Source: Promethearchaeota archaeon
GTDB taxonomy: Archaea > Asgardarchaeota > Lokiarchaeia > Sigyniarchaeales > SOKP01
DNA length: 64,000 nucleotides
Direction of reading: 5' to 3'
NCBI GenBank assembly: GCA_048937405.1
Contig: JBHLNF010000008.1
Coordinates: 116,725-180,724, forward strand
Positions 17,678-27,678 of the stretch are shown in pieces; within the stretch, counting starts at the first letter, position 1, and each line of letters opens with the position of its first letter. The notes beneath the pieces were generated by a model. That model was given only the letters and a program-made list of their open reading frames with translations. It made no database searches and had not been told where the DNA came from. Both the position numbers and the translations under genes were made by a program.

Positions 17678-19021
17678 ATGAGTGAAGGAAAAGAAAAAGT
17701 TGATTTAAAAAATATAGTAACTTCTGGTCCACCTGTAGCAGGTTTAGTTTCTCCATCAAGAGACAATTTAGTCGAACCTTCAGATAAGTATAAAGATGAA
17801 AAATCTTTTGAACGATGTACTCATTGTGGTTATTGCCGTCATGTTTGTAAAGTTTATAATACCTCTTGGTGTGAAACTGACTATGCTGGAGGTCGGAATA
17901 GAATTATCAAAGCATTGGATCGAAAGGATATTAAATTCGATAAGGAGCAAATAATACCTTCGGTTTTTCGTTGTATGTTATGTGGTAATTGTAAAGTTGT
18001 GTGTCCAGTTCAAGTAGATACGCTAAGTGTTTTCCAGAATTTTAGGAAAAAAGTAGTAAAAAAAGGAGCAATGCCTGAAAAATTAAAAATCCTTAAAAGT
18101 TCGATTATAGAAAATAATAATCCATTTCTAGAAAAACATGGTGATAGATTTAATTGGATAAATGCTTGTGAAGAGGGAGCTGAAGCTTATGAAAGGAGTT
18201 CTCAGAGACTGGAGACCTTAGTAGAAGAGAAAGGAGATTATTCTGTAGGGTATTTTGTCGGGTGTACATCGTCATATCGAAATAAAGAACTTGTATCGGC
18301 TACTAGTCGTGTTTTAAAGAAATTAGGCATTGAGTTCACACTTTTTCCAGAGGAAAGATGTTGTGGTTCTGTGTTGTTTCGAACTGGATTAGAAGATGAA
18401 GCTATTGAACTTATAAAGCATAATTATGAAATAATTCGTAAGAGTGGAGTAAAAGAAGTTGTTTTTTCATGTTCGGGTTGTTTTTCAACGTTTTCACTTG
18501 AATATTCCAAATTTGCTAATTATAATCTTGGATTTGATTTGTATCATATTACTCAATATGCTTTAAAAATTGTAAAGGAAAAAAATCTTAAAATTAGATA
18601 TACAAAACGCACAAAGGATGATCCTTTACTCATAACTTATCATGATCCATGTCATTTAGGCAGATATTGCAACGTTTTTGAAGAACCTAGAGAACTCATT
18701 CGAAGAATTGAAGGAGTTAAATTATTTGAAATGAAACACAATAGAGAAATGTCTTGGTGTTGCGGTGCAGGAGGTGGTGTGAAAGCTCTATATGGGGATA
18801 TGGCACTTGAAGTTGGAAGGGACAGAATTTCGGAAACACGTGCTTGTATGGTTCGAATGCGAGAAGACCGTTTAAAAGAAGCAATTGAGACATCAGCAGA
18901 AGTTCTTGTAAGTTCCTGTGTCTTCTGTAAGAATAATTTATTTCAAGTCGCTACTGAAGATAATTCTCCAATAAAAGTTATGGATATTTCACAACTTTTA
19001 GCTGATTGTGAGTATTATTAA
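17678..19021 (+). CDS. Fe-S oxidoreductase, GlcF/HdrD-like (2x[4Fe-4S] plus two CCG domains)
   Basis: CTHCGYCRHVC, CMLCGNCKVVCP, YFVGC, RCCG, YHDPCHLGR, CCGAGGG and SCVFC. Confidence 0.9.
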   Translation: MSEGKEKVDLKNIVTSGPPVAGLVSPSRDNLVEPSDKYKDEKSFERCTHCGYCRHVCKVYNTSWCETDYAGGRNRIIKALDRKDIKFDKEQIIPSVFRCMLCGNCKVVCPVQVDTLSVFQNFRKKVVKKGAMPEKLKILKSSIIENNNPFLEKHGDRFNWINACEEGAEAYERSSQRLETLVEEKGDYSVGYFVGCTSSYRNKELVSATSRVLKKLGIEFTLFPEERCCGSVLFRTGLEDEAIELIKHNYEIIRKSGVKEVVFSCSGCFSTFSLEYSKFANYNLGFDLYHITQYALKIVKEKNLKIRYTKRTKDDPLLITYHDPCHLGRYCNVFEEPRELIRRIEGVKLFEMKHNREMSWCCGAGGGVKALYGDMALEVGRDRISETRACMVRMREDRLKEAIETSAEVLVSSCVFCKNNLFQVATEDNSPIKVMDISQLLADCEYY

Positions 19022-19098
19022 CTAGATACAGAGTAAGAAATCTCTAAAATATTTTTCCTATTTTTATAACTTTATTGAAAACTGTAGATTAAGTAATA

Positions 19099-21237
19099 TT
19101 AATTTTTTAGAGAATCTGGAAAATCATCAGCATTTTCTAAATTATTCCAATTTAGGGATATTTCTTCTAAAGAAGGTATACTACTCAGATTTTTTGGTAA
19201 TTTCGTAAGGTGGTTATCATTTAGCTTTAATTTTTTAAGAGATTTTAAATTTATAAAAGAATTAGGTAATTTTTTTAATTTATTTCCAATTAACCAAATC
19301 TCTTTAAGAAAACTTAATAATCCTATCGATTCTGGTAGGAATTCAATATTGTTATCAATTAAATACAGCCTTTCCAGTGAATTAAGTGAACCAATTGAAT
19401 CAGGAAGAATTTTAATCTGATTGTCTGTTAATTTTAGCACCTTTAATAGATTAAGTTTACCAAAATCTTCTGGTAAAACAACAAGTTTATTATATGATAA
19501 ATCTAAAAATTCTAAAGATTTAATCAAACAAATTGAACTTGATAATTTATGTAAATTGTTATTATTTAAATAGAAATATTTAAGAGATTTTAAGGTTCCC
19601 AGAGAATCTGGAATACTTTCTAATTTATTCCAACCTAATTTTAAAACTTCAAGAGAATTTAGTATCATTATTGATTCAGGGAGGAAGGAGAGATTATTAT
19701 CTTCTAGGTTAAGAAATCTAAGTGATGACATTGAATTCAATGAGTCTGGAAGTTTTTCTAAATTATTACTACTTAAATTAAGGTATTCGAGTGAATAGAG
19801 TAACCCAATAGAGCCAGGTAAATTTACTAATTTATTTTGAATTAGATTTAGAGTTTGAAGAGATTTTAGCTTCCCTATAGAAGATGGGATTTCTAATAGT
19901 CTATTTCCACTAACATTCAAAAATTTTAATGACGATAGATTTCCGATTGATTTTGGAAGATAAGTTAGACAGTTCATTTCTAAATTTAAATGAAGTAACG
20001 ATGAAAGCTTACCTATTGAATCTGGGAGTTTCTCTATTTTGTTTTTACTTAAATTTAATAATTTTAAAGATGTAAGTGATAAAATTGATTTATTAATATC
20101 TTTAAGATTATTTCCTTCTAGATCTAAAGCTTTTAAGTTTTTTAAGGAAGCTATTGATTTGTTAATTTTATAGAGATTGCATTTTTTTAATAGAAGTGAT
20201 CTTAGTGAACGAAAATACTTTATATAACATGGAAATTTAACAAGAGGTACTTTTTCAATATGAATTGAAATAAGTTCCCCCATTGATACTTTATAATTTA
20301 TGATTGGATATTTTTTTATTAAATATGAGATAGTTAAATAATTTCTAAATATATCTGATAATTTCGAGAGTGATAAATCTTCAAAAGTTCTTGAAAGGTG
20401 TTTAAATGATAATTTAAATTTTTTATCATCAATACTCCTTATTTGATCTATTAATACCTCTCTCGCTGCTTCATTGTTTAATCTTTCTAATGCTATTGTC
20501 AGTGCGATTGAGTTTTTAAAATTGAACTCATCTTTAATTGACCATTCAGTTGAGAAGAATTTAATTTTTTTTAGTCGTTCTAGATTTTCAATACCAAGAA
20601 TTTCAGAATGATCCTGAAAAGCATCTCTATCTCGCCAATAAATAGCTTGGTTATCAACTTCAGAAAAATCTAAATAAGTTATAAATCCCTTTTTTTCTAA
20701 AAATTTAAGTCTATGAAACTTCTTTTTTAGATTTTTAATGGTGAGTTGATTTATGAGTATATTTCCTAATTCATTACTTGAAAATGACGTAGAATTATTA
20801 TTATTAAAGAAAAAATGCTTCTTATCCTCGAAAATTTCAGAACTTATTCTATTCAGTTCATCGATTAATGCTTTTATGATTTCATCATCATTATAATCTT
20901 TTAAAGCTTTAACTATTGTTATTAAACAGTTATAAGAATATTCATGCTTTAGAGCCCAGAGAAATGGAGATATCGCTTTCTTTGGATATTTATCTTTTAA
21001 AACATTTGCTGCAAAATATCTCAAATCATCATTTATTTCAGATATAAGTATATATTCTAAAATTTTGAAAACATTTTTATGTTTTAAATCAATTTTATTT
21101 AAGATTTTAATACAATCTTTTTTAATGATATCATCATTTATGTTTTCGATGAAATCTAGCAATAATCTAACTGTTTCACATTCATTAAATGCTTGACTTC
21201 TAAAATTTTCATAAATTCTACTTGGTGTTAACTCCAT
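19099..21237 (-). CDS. leucine-rich repeat protein with N-terminal HEAT-like/helical repeats
   Basis: About 15 tandem 23-aa LxxLxLxxNxLxxLPxSIGxL repeats in the C-terminal half. Confidence 0.92.
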   Translation of the reverse strand: MELTPSRIYENFRSQAFNECETVRLLLDFIENINDDIIKKDCIKILNKIDLKHKNVFKILEYILISEINDDLRYFAANVLKDKYPKKAISPFLWALKHEYSYNCLITIVKALKDYNDDEIIKALIDELNRISSEIFEDKKHFFFNNNNSTSFSSNELGNILINQLTIKNLKKKFHRLKFLEKKGFITYLDFSEVDNQAIYWRDRDAFQDHSEILGIENLERLKKIKFFSTEWSIKDEFNFKNSIALTIALERLNNEAAREVLIDQIRSIDDKKFKLSFKHLSRTFEDLSLSKLSDIFRNYLTISYLIKKYPIINYKVSMGELISIHIEKVPLVKFPCYIKYFRSLRSLLLKKCNLYKINKSIASLKNLKALDLEGNNLKDINKSILSLTSLKLLNLSKNKIEKLPDSIGKLSSLLHLNLEMNCLTYLPKSIGNLSSLKFLNVSGNRLLEIPSSIGKLKSLQTLNLIQNKLVNLPGSIGLLYSLEYLNLSSNNLEKLPDSLNSMSSLRFLNLEDNNLSFLPESIMILNSLEVLKLGWNKLESIPDSLGTLKSLKYFYLNNNNLHKLSSSICLIKSLEFLDLSYNKLVVLPEDFGKLNLLKVLKLTDNQIKILPDSIGSLNSLERLYLIDNNIEFLPESIGLLSFLKEIWLIGNKLKKLPNSFINLKSLKKLKLNDNHLTKLPKNLSSIPSLEEISLNWNNLENADDFPDSLKN

Positions 21238-21408
21238 ATTAAAATATATTCTTTTCCATGTTTTTTTAAGAATTTCCTAGCTACATTAAATTTAATAAAT
21301 CTTTTAGGAACAATAAAGAATTTTTTAAAAAAAATTTTTAGAGACTTGAATTTATAATTCAACTCTAAATTTTGAATAACTAAATCCTAAATAATCAATA
21401 TAAAATAT

Positions 21409-21603
21409 TTAACGTATTTCGACATTTAATATATTTGAATAAAGAACTTTTCTTTTCTTATCAGTAATTGAAAAGTTTAAACGTGGCGTACAAGCTAACA
21501 GCAATTTAAAATATTGATCAATGTTCTCTTTACCATTCATATCTTGTTCAGGAATAGCTACTCTATCTTTAAACTCTATTTCTTTTTGTATTGCTTCAAC
21601 CAT
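21409..21603 (-). CDS. small hypothetical protein
   Basis: 64 aa ORF with upstream GGAGA and TATA-like element. Confidence 0.55.
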   Translation of the reverse strand: MVEAIQKEIEFKDRVAIPEQDMNGKENIDQYFKLLLACTPRLNFSITDKKRKVLYSNILNVEIR

Positions 21604-21935
21604 AATTTTAATTTCTCCAATTTTTCTTTTTTTATTAAATCTTTTTGCCTAAATATAGATTCTGAATATTAGTATATAAATATATCGGTTATAGATTAAT
21701 TTAAACAACGCAGTGAGTTATAGTTTCAATTTCTTATAATGTTTGCTAAAAAAGTTTCAAATTGAAAATTTTTTTTTTCAATCATTTCTCTTTTCATTCA
21801 TAATGGCTAGAGAATGTGATCGATCCCGATCAAAAGTAAAGTTTCTATGATCATTTGTGAAAATCTTAAAAATAAAGTTTATTATATTTTTATAAAAAAT
21901 AAATCTAAAAATTGATTTTAAAATTAGGTTTTGAT

Positions 21936-22607
21936 TTATTTTTTTATACGATCTAATAGGGAATCCCAAAAAATCGCTTTATAATCCCCTGAATAATGAA
22001 TATTACTAATTTTTAAACTTATGACCTTTTTTGAACATGCATTTACGCATGTTCCACAACTTATACATTTATCTTGATTGAATGATACTTTTTTATTTTT
22101 TGAATGAACTGATTTTAGATTTTTTTTAAGTTTAAAGAAAGCACCAGAAGGACACACTTCGGTACATGACATACATGAAATACATTTATCCCAATCTACA
22201 TAGATTTTTCCATCAAAAAATACTTTTATTTCTTTTTGATTGCTATTGACTAAGTGATATTCTAAATCTGGTACAACTCTTTTTCTTATAATCCCCATTT
22301 CTTTAGTGGGCATTTTTTCTCCATTATACTTCAATGATATTGCTGATAATGGGCAAATATAGGCACAAGTTCCGCAAAAAGAGCATTTAAGAATATCTGG
22401 AGTATCTGGTATTAAATCTTCTGTTTTTATTCTTATTTTACCTTCTAATCTTGGATGAGGGATTGCATTATTTGGACAAGCTTTAATACATAATCCACAA
22501 CCAATACATTTTTCTTTATCTATTTTTATGGAATAATCTTCTGTATAAAAACTAAAATTTATTTCATTAAATTCATAGGTGTTAACTTTGTTTACTCTAG
22601 GATACAC
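21936..22607 (-). CDS. polyferredoxin (4x[4Fe-4S]), FwdF/FwdG/MvhB-like
   Basis: Four CxxCxxCxxxC motifs; last gene of the hdrCBA-mvhD operon. Confidence 0.85.
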   Translation of the reverse strand: MYPRVNKVNTYEFNEINFSFYTEDYSIKIDKEKCIGCGLCIKACPNNAIPHPRLEGKIRIKTEDLIPDTPDILKCSFCGTCAYICPLSAISLKYNGEKMPTKEMGIIRKRVVPDLEYHLVNSNQKEIKVFFDGKIYVDWDKCISCMSCTEVCPSGAFFKLKKNLKSVHSKNKKVSFNQDKCISCGTCVNACSKKVISLKISNIHYSGDYKAIFWDSLLDRIKK

Positions 22608-22644
22608 TTCTCAATCATACTCTAAAATTGATTTTAGAAAGTTA

Positions 22645-23235
22645 TTATAAATTAACTGTTAATATCTTAGATTCTATATTTCGTTCTTTTAGTCGGCTAT
22701 TTATTCCTTTAAACGTACTTTTTTTACCAAAATGTATGAGATTCCAATCTTTAGATTCAGATCCTTTAGTGATGTTTATGATTTTTTTGACAGCTAAATC
22801 AATTCTTATTTTTTGGTTTATATAAGACTTTAATTCTTTAATTTCATTTGAATAATAATTCATTAAATAACTAAGTTCCCGTGCAGCAGGACTATTCTTA
22901 TTAGTTAAAACATTTAAAGTAGATTTTATTTCATTATTTTTATGTTTTAAGTCAATGATTTGATTAACCAAATGTCCTTTTACATAATAAGGTAATTCTA
23001 TAGTAAAATAAGGAATTTCATATTCTTTTAAAACTTCTGATAAAAATGTTTCATTAAATTCCTGTAGATTCATGTATCCTAAATCTATTGTTGCTAAGTC
23101 GACTGAATTTCTCTCTAAAAATTTAAATAAATCTTCAAAATTCTTAACTAATGTTTTTGAATTTTTATCGTTTCTTAATTCCGTAAATATTTTGGAATTT
23201 GCTAAAGTTTCAGAGATTAATGTTTTTATTTTCAA
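22645..23235 (-). CDS. hypothetical protein in the hdr-mvhD operon
   Basis: 196 aa ORF; TTG start preceded by GGAGG; central coiled-coil. Confidence 0.7.
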   Translation of the reverse strand: MKIKTLISETLANSKIFTELRNDKNSKTLVKNFEDLFKFLERNSVDLATIDLGYMNLQEFNETFLSEVLKEYEIPYFTIELPYYVKGHLVNQIIDLKHKNNEIKSTLNVLTNKNSPAARELSYLMNYYSNEIKELKSYINQKIRIDLAVKKIINITKGSESKDWNLIHFGKKSTFKGINSRLKERNIESKILTVNL

Positions 23236-23245
23236 CCCCTCCTTT

Positions 23246-23719
23246 TTATATTATTTTTACTTTATTTTGTAAACTTTTTTCAATAAAATTTGAATTTTGA
23301 TTTTTTATTGGACTAGGTCCTAATATTTTTAATTCTTCGACAAATTTGTTAACAATATTTGTTAATTTTGCTCCCTCAGAAGCAGATACAAAAATATATT
23401 TAACTCTTTTAGGATTAATACCAAATTGCTTTAAATAGAATAAAAACAGTGGTATTCTTCTAATTGTCTTAAGATTTCCGGACACATAATGGCAATCACC
23501 TGGATGGCAATGTGAAATTAAAATTCCATCAATACCATCTTTTAAGGCAGTAGTTATAAATTCGGGAGTAATTCTACCACCACACATTACTCTTATGATT
23601 CTCAGGTTGGCAGATCGCTGCATTCTGGAAGTCCCAGCCTGATCAGCTCCAGCATAAGAACACCAATGGCAGAAAATTCCTAAAATTGATGGATTAAAAT
23701 TTAACACATTTGTTTCCAT
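23246..23719 (-). CDS. mvhD: MvhD [2Fe-2S] subunit (Cys form)
   Basis: FCHWCSYAGAD, IRVMCGGR, CHPGDCHY..GN and VSASEG. Confidence 0.95.
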   Translation of the reverse strand: METNVLNFNPSILGIFCHWCSYAGADQAGTSRMQRSANLRIIRVMCGGRITPEFITTALKDGIDGILISHCHPGDCHYVSGNLKTIRRIPLFLFYLKQFGINPKRVKYIFVSASEGAKLTNIVNKFVEELKILGPSPIKNQNSNFIEKSLQNKVKII

Positions 23720-23721
23720 TA

Positions 23722-25704
23722 TTATCCTCCTACTTTTTCTGATTTTTGAACTGCATTATGTATCATTGGTAATAATTGTGCATTACCAAATTGATTCTGG
23801 ATAATTGCTGAAGTAGGGCATGCAGCAACACAAGTTCCACATCCTTTACAAAGAATCTTATTAATTTCAGCAACTTTTTGAAATTCATTAAAAGATATTG
23901 CATTGAAAGGGCAAACACTAATACAACTTTTACAACCGGCACACCTATGATTTAATACTATTGAAAAAATTGGATCAATTTCCACTTTTCCTTTGGCAAT
24001 TAATAATGCTGATTGCAATGCTGCAGCTTTTGCTTGAGCAATAGCATCAGGAATATCTTTAGGGCCTTGAACTGCTCCCGCTATAAAGATGCCATCAGTT
24101 AATGTTTCTACTGGACGTAATTTAGGATGTGCTTCCATTAAAAACCCATCTTCAGACCGTTGTACATTAAATAGCCTAGTTATCTTATTAGAATCTTGTC
24201 TTGGTTCCAATCCAACGGCTAAAACTAATAAATCGGCCTTAATTCTAATTAGTTTTTGCAAAAGAGTATCTTCCCCACGAACTATGATATTATGGTCTAC
24301 ATCCTCTACTACTTCTGAAATTCTTCCTCTTATAAATTTGATATTAAATTCCCTTCCGGTAGAGTCATAAAATTCTTCATATCCTTTTCCAAATGCCCTT
24401 ATATCTATATAAAAGATAAAAATGTTTGCATTAGGATGTTTTTCTTTAAAAAGTCTAGCCTGTTTCGCTGAATACATACAGCAGACTCTAGAACAATATT
24501 TATTTCCTTTTTCAGTAAAATCTCGACTACCTACGCATTGAAGAAATACTATCGTAGAGGGTTCTTTTAAGTCTGATCTTCTTTTTACTTTACCTTCTGT
24601 TGGACCAAATGAACTCATTAATCGTTCCATTTCTAGCCCAGTAATAACATTTGGATATCTTCCATAGCCATATTGCCTTAAAATTGTTGGATCATAAAGG
24701 TCATATCCAGTTGATAAAATAATAGTTCCAACCTTAATATCTACAAATGTTGGTTTGTCATCATATTTAACAGCATCAACAGGACAAATTTCAGCACAAA
24801 TTCCACACTTGATACAATGGTTCATATCAATCGTATATTTTCCAGGAACGGCTTGAGGAAAAGGAATATATACTGCTTTTCTCTTTTTCATTCCTAAATC
24901 AAATTCGTTAGCAGCAATAACAAAGCATTCCTGAGCACAAGTTCCACATCCGGTGCAAATTTCTTGATCTATATAATGAGGTTTTTTTTTAATAGTAACA
25001 TTAAAATTCCCAACATAACCAGAAATATTTGTAATTTCACTATAAGTCATTAATTCTATATTTTTAGCCTTCATAACTTCAGACATTTTTGGAGTTATTA
25101 CGCAAGAAGAACAATCTAATGTAGGGAAAGTTTTATCAAGTTGAGCCATATGACCTCCAATAGTGGTTGTTTTTTCTACAAGATAGACTTTATATCCAAA
25201 ATTGGAAAGATCTAAAGCAGCATTCATTCCAGCAATTCCTGCACCAACAATTAAACAAGCAGGTTCAACATCTACATTAAATTTTTCCAAAGCTTCTAAC
25301 TTACTAGCTTTTGCTACAGCCATCCTGACATGTGATTTTGCAATTTCATAGGCTCCTTTAGTATCTTGTATGTTTACCCAACTACAATGTTCTCTTATAT
25401 TTGCTGTTTCAAACAAAAATTGGTTTAAACCAGCTTCTTTACAAGCTTTTCTAAAAGTAGTTTCATGCATTCGTGGTGAACATGCAGCCACTACAACCCT
25501 ATTGATTTCACCATTTCGAATCTTTTCCTTTATTAATTCTTGCCCAATTTCAGAACACATAAATTTATAATTATAAGCTTCAGTTACATTTGGAAGAGTT
25601 TTTGCATATTTTGTTAAATTTTCAACATCGATAACACCAGCTATATTATTACCACAGTGACAAATAAATACTCCAATTTTTGGTTTATCCTTCAAGTTTT
25701 TCAC
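23722..25704 (-). CDS. hdrA: heterodisulfide reductase subunit A (Cys form)
   Basis: FICHCG.NI, AACSPRMHE, GAGIAG, LDKTFPTLDC, QCVGSR, CSRVCC and GPKDIPD. Confidence 0.96.
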   Translation of the reverse strand: MKNLKDKPKIGVFICHCGNNIAGVIDVENLTKYAKTLPNVTEAYNYKFMCSEIGQELIKEKIRNGEINRVVVAACSPRMHETTFRKACKEAGLNQFLFETANIREHCSWVNIQDTKGAYEIAKSHVRMAVAKASKLEALEKFNVDVEPACLIVGAGIAGMNAALDLSNFGYKVYLVEKTTTIGGHMAQLDKTFPTLDCSSCVITPKMSEVMKAKNIELMTYSEITNISGYVGNFNVTIKKKPHYIDQEICTGCGTCAQECFVIAANEFDLGMKKRKAVYIPFPQAVPGKYTIDMNHCIKCGICAEICPVDAVKYDDKPTFVDIKVGTIILSTGYDLYDPTILRQYGYGRYPNVITGLEMERLMSSFGPTEGKVKRRSDLKEPSTIVFLQCVGSRDFTEKGNKYCSRVCCMYSAKQARLFKEKHPNANIFIFYIDIRAFGKGYEEFYDSTGREFNIKFIRGRISEVVEDVDHNIIVRGEDTLLQKLIRIKADLLVLAVGLEPRQDSNKITRLFNVQRSEDGFLMEAHPKLRPVETLTDGIFIAGAVQGPKDIPDAIAQAKAAALQSALLIAKGKVEIDPIFSIVLNHRCAGCKSCISVCPFNAISFNEFQKVAEINKILCKGCGTCVAACPTSAIIQNQFGNAQLLPMIHNAVQKSEKVGG

Positions 25705-26641
25705 CTATCTTTGTTAAAAAAGGTTCTATTGAAATAAATGGTGGAACACCAGATAATTCTTTATCTTTAATTAAGCCAACTTCTTCAGGGTTCATACCAA
25801 GAGCAAGTCCTAATAATTGTGTATAATATATTACAGGAATATTAAAAGGAGTTCCAATACTATCTTTAAAAATATTGTTTATTTCTATTTGTCCTAGATC
25901 GAACTGAAGATGACAAAAAGGACATACTGTAATAATAGCTTCAGCGCCAGCAGCTCTTATATTTGTGAGTTTCTCTCTTGTAAAATCTAATGAAATTTCT
26001 TTAAAAGCACTTCTCACTGCTCCTGCCGCACCACAGCATCTATATTTATCCAGATAATCTATACTTTTACACCCTGTTACTTCAACTAAATCATCTAAAA
26101 AGTGTGGTGTTTCAGAATCATTGCCCCATGGTCTTATTTCAGATGGTTTTAAAAGATGACATCCATAATGTACAGCCACTTGTAGGTCTAATTTATTCTT
26201 TCGCCCATATTTTACACGATTTTTTATTTTCTCTAATCCGATATCTTTGTATAAGACTTCTATAATATGTTTAACTTTAATACTTCCTTTATACGATCTA
26301 TTTATTTTTTTAAGATGATAATTTACCATCTTTCGCTTTTCTGTGTCAGATTTTAATTGATGATTAGCTTCAAGTAGACTTCCATAACATCCATTGCACA
26401 TGGTAACTATATTATAATTATTATTCTCCGCAATTGTCAAATTTCTAGCCCCAATGATTAACCATGTATCAATATCAAAACCGCGAAAAACTCCTGGTGC
26501 TGGACAGCATGAAGCCCCCTCCATTTCGATTAGATCAATACCTAATTTTTGAAATACTTTTTTAGTAGCAGCTTCGATAAAAGGATATCTGTTTGGTATT
26601 ACACATCCAAGGAACAATGAATATTTTTTATCTTGTACCAT
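25685..26641 (-). CDS. hdrB: heterodisulfide reductase subunit B
   Basis: FLGCVIPNRYP, SCCPAPG, CNGC, HYGCH, CCGA and CPFCHLQFD. Confidence 0.95.
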   Translation of the reverse strand: MVQDKKYSLFLGCVIPNRYPFIEAATKKVFQKLGIDLIEMEGASCCPAPGVFRGFDIDTWLIIGARNLTIAENNNYNIVTMCNGCYGSLLEANHQLKSDTEKRKMVNYHLKKINRSYKGSIKVKHIIEVLYKDIGLEKIKNRVKYGRKNKLDLQVAVHYGCHLLKPSEIRPWGNDSETPHFLDDLVEVTGCKSIDYLDKYRCCGAAGAVRSAFKEISLDFTREKLTNIRAAGAEAIITVCPFCHLQFDLGQIEINNIFKDSIGTPFNIPVIYYTQLLGLALGMNPEEVGLIKDKELSGVPPFISIEPFLTKIGEKLEG

Positions 26642-26701
26642 TTTTAATTAAACCGTTAAATCTTATTGAGAATTACTAAAAATTTATTTATTTTATACTT
26701 C

Positions 26702-27328
26702 TTATATTTTTGAGATCTTTAACTTTTCTTCTTCTGTAATATATTTCTCAAGTGTTTCCTCAACTAGAGAGACTTTAACTTTCTTTTTAATTCCCAACTC
26801 CTCGGAATCAATATTAATTAACTCATTGAATTTGGAGCTTATTAAGAGCTTTTTTACCTCATCCAAATCTTTTTTATTGGAATGAACAGTAGGAGGAATT
26901 TTTTTTAATCCATAGAATTCTCGTAATACATTCCATTTTTTGTCATCGATTGGAACACCATGTCCAGAAAAACAAAATTTTTTACATAAATCGAGGTGAC
27001 TTTTTAACATGAATCCTTTTTGAACAGCCAAATTTCGTAAAAATATTAACATATCAGTAATAGGTAATTTACGAGGGCATCTTTCAAGACATGTATAACA
27101 AGTTGAACAATACCAAATATCATTTTCTGAAAGAATATCTTCAACCCCTAACTGAACTTTCCTTATAATTGTCCTTACTTTCAAAGCTGTTCTTTCTCCT
27201 GAGGGACAACCTCCGGAGCATGTTCCACATTGAATACAAGCATCAACTTCAGAATAACCTGCTTCTTTTAAAGAATCTACTAATGTATTTGTACAATTAG
27301 TTATAATATCTGGTTCATAATCTAACAT
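26702..27328 (-). CDS. hdrC: heterodisulfide reductase subunit C
   Basis: CIQCGTCSGGCPSG, IWYCSTCYTCLERCPR, GHGVP and PPTVH. Confidence 0.95.
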   Translation of the reverse strand: MLDYEPDIITNCTNTLVDSLKEAGYSEVDACIQCGTCSGGCPSGERTALKVRTIIRKVQLGVEDILSENDIWYCSTCYTCLERCPRKLPITDMLIFLRNLAVQKGFMLKSHLDLCKKFCFSGHGVPIDDKKWNVLREFYGLKKIPPTVHSNKKDLDEVKKLLISSKFNELINIDSEELGIKKKVKVSLVEETLEKYITEEEKLKISKI

Positions 27329-27678
27329 TTTGTTTCTTTCCTTATCTATTATCTATATAAAAGTCATTTTAACCGATTTAGTCCAAACTTTTTTTTAAAG
27401 AATGATTAAAACAGCTAAAAGGTTATTAAGCCTTAGGAGAATAAATGTGAATTTAATATATAAGTTTTCCCTTTACATTTAATAGAATTAGAGATCCTCT
27501 ACTATTTTTCATTAAAGGGTTTCAATTTGCAACAATTACTTTCAAAAAATTTCAATTTTAAAATTCATTATAAATAACCCTCGCTAATTTAAGATTTATA
27601 AGTAGCATTCTTTAATAACTTACATTCATTTAATTATCATACTATTTAAAATAACAAAACTATTTGAGATTTAATAAA

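Noticed and set aside
23246-25704. HdrA and MvhD as selenoproteins (also HdrA 54032..56038)
   Set aside because: The frames are uninterrupted, with Cys at the positions that are Sec in other organisms (TFPT.DC, FCHWC, CHPGDCHY).
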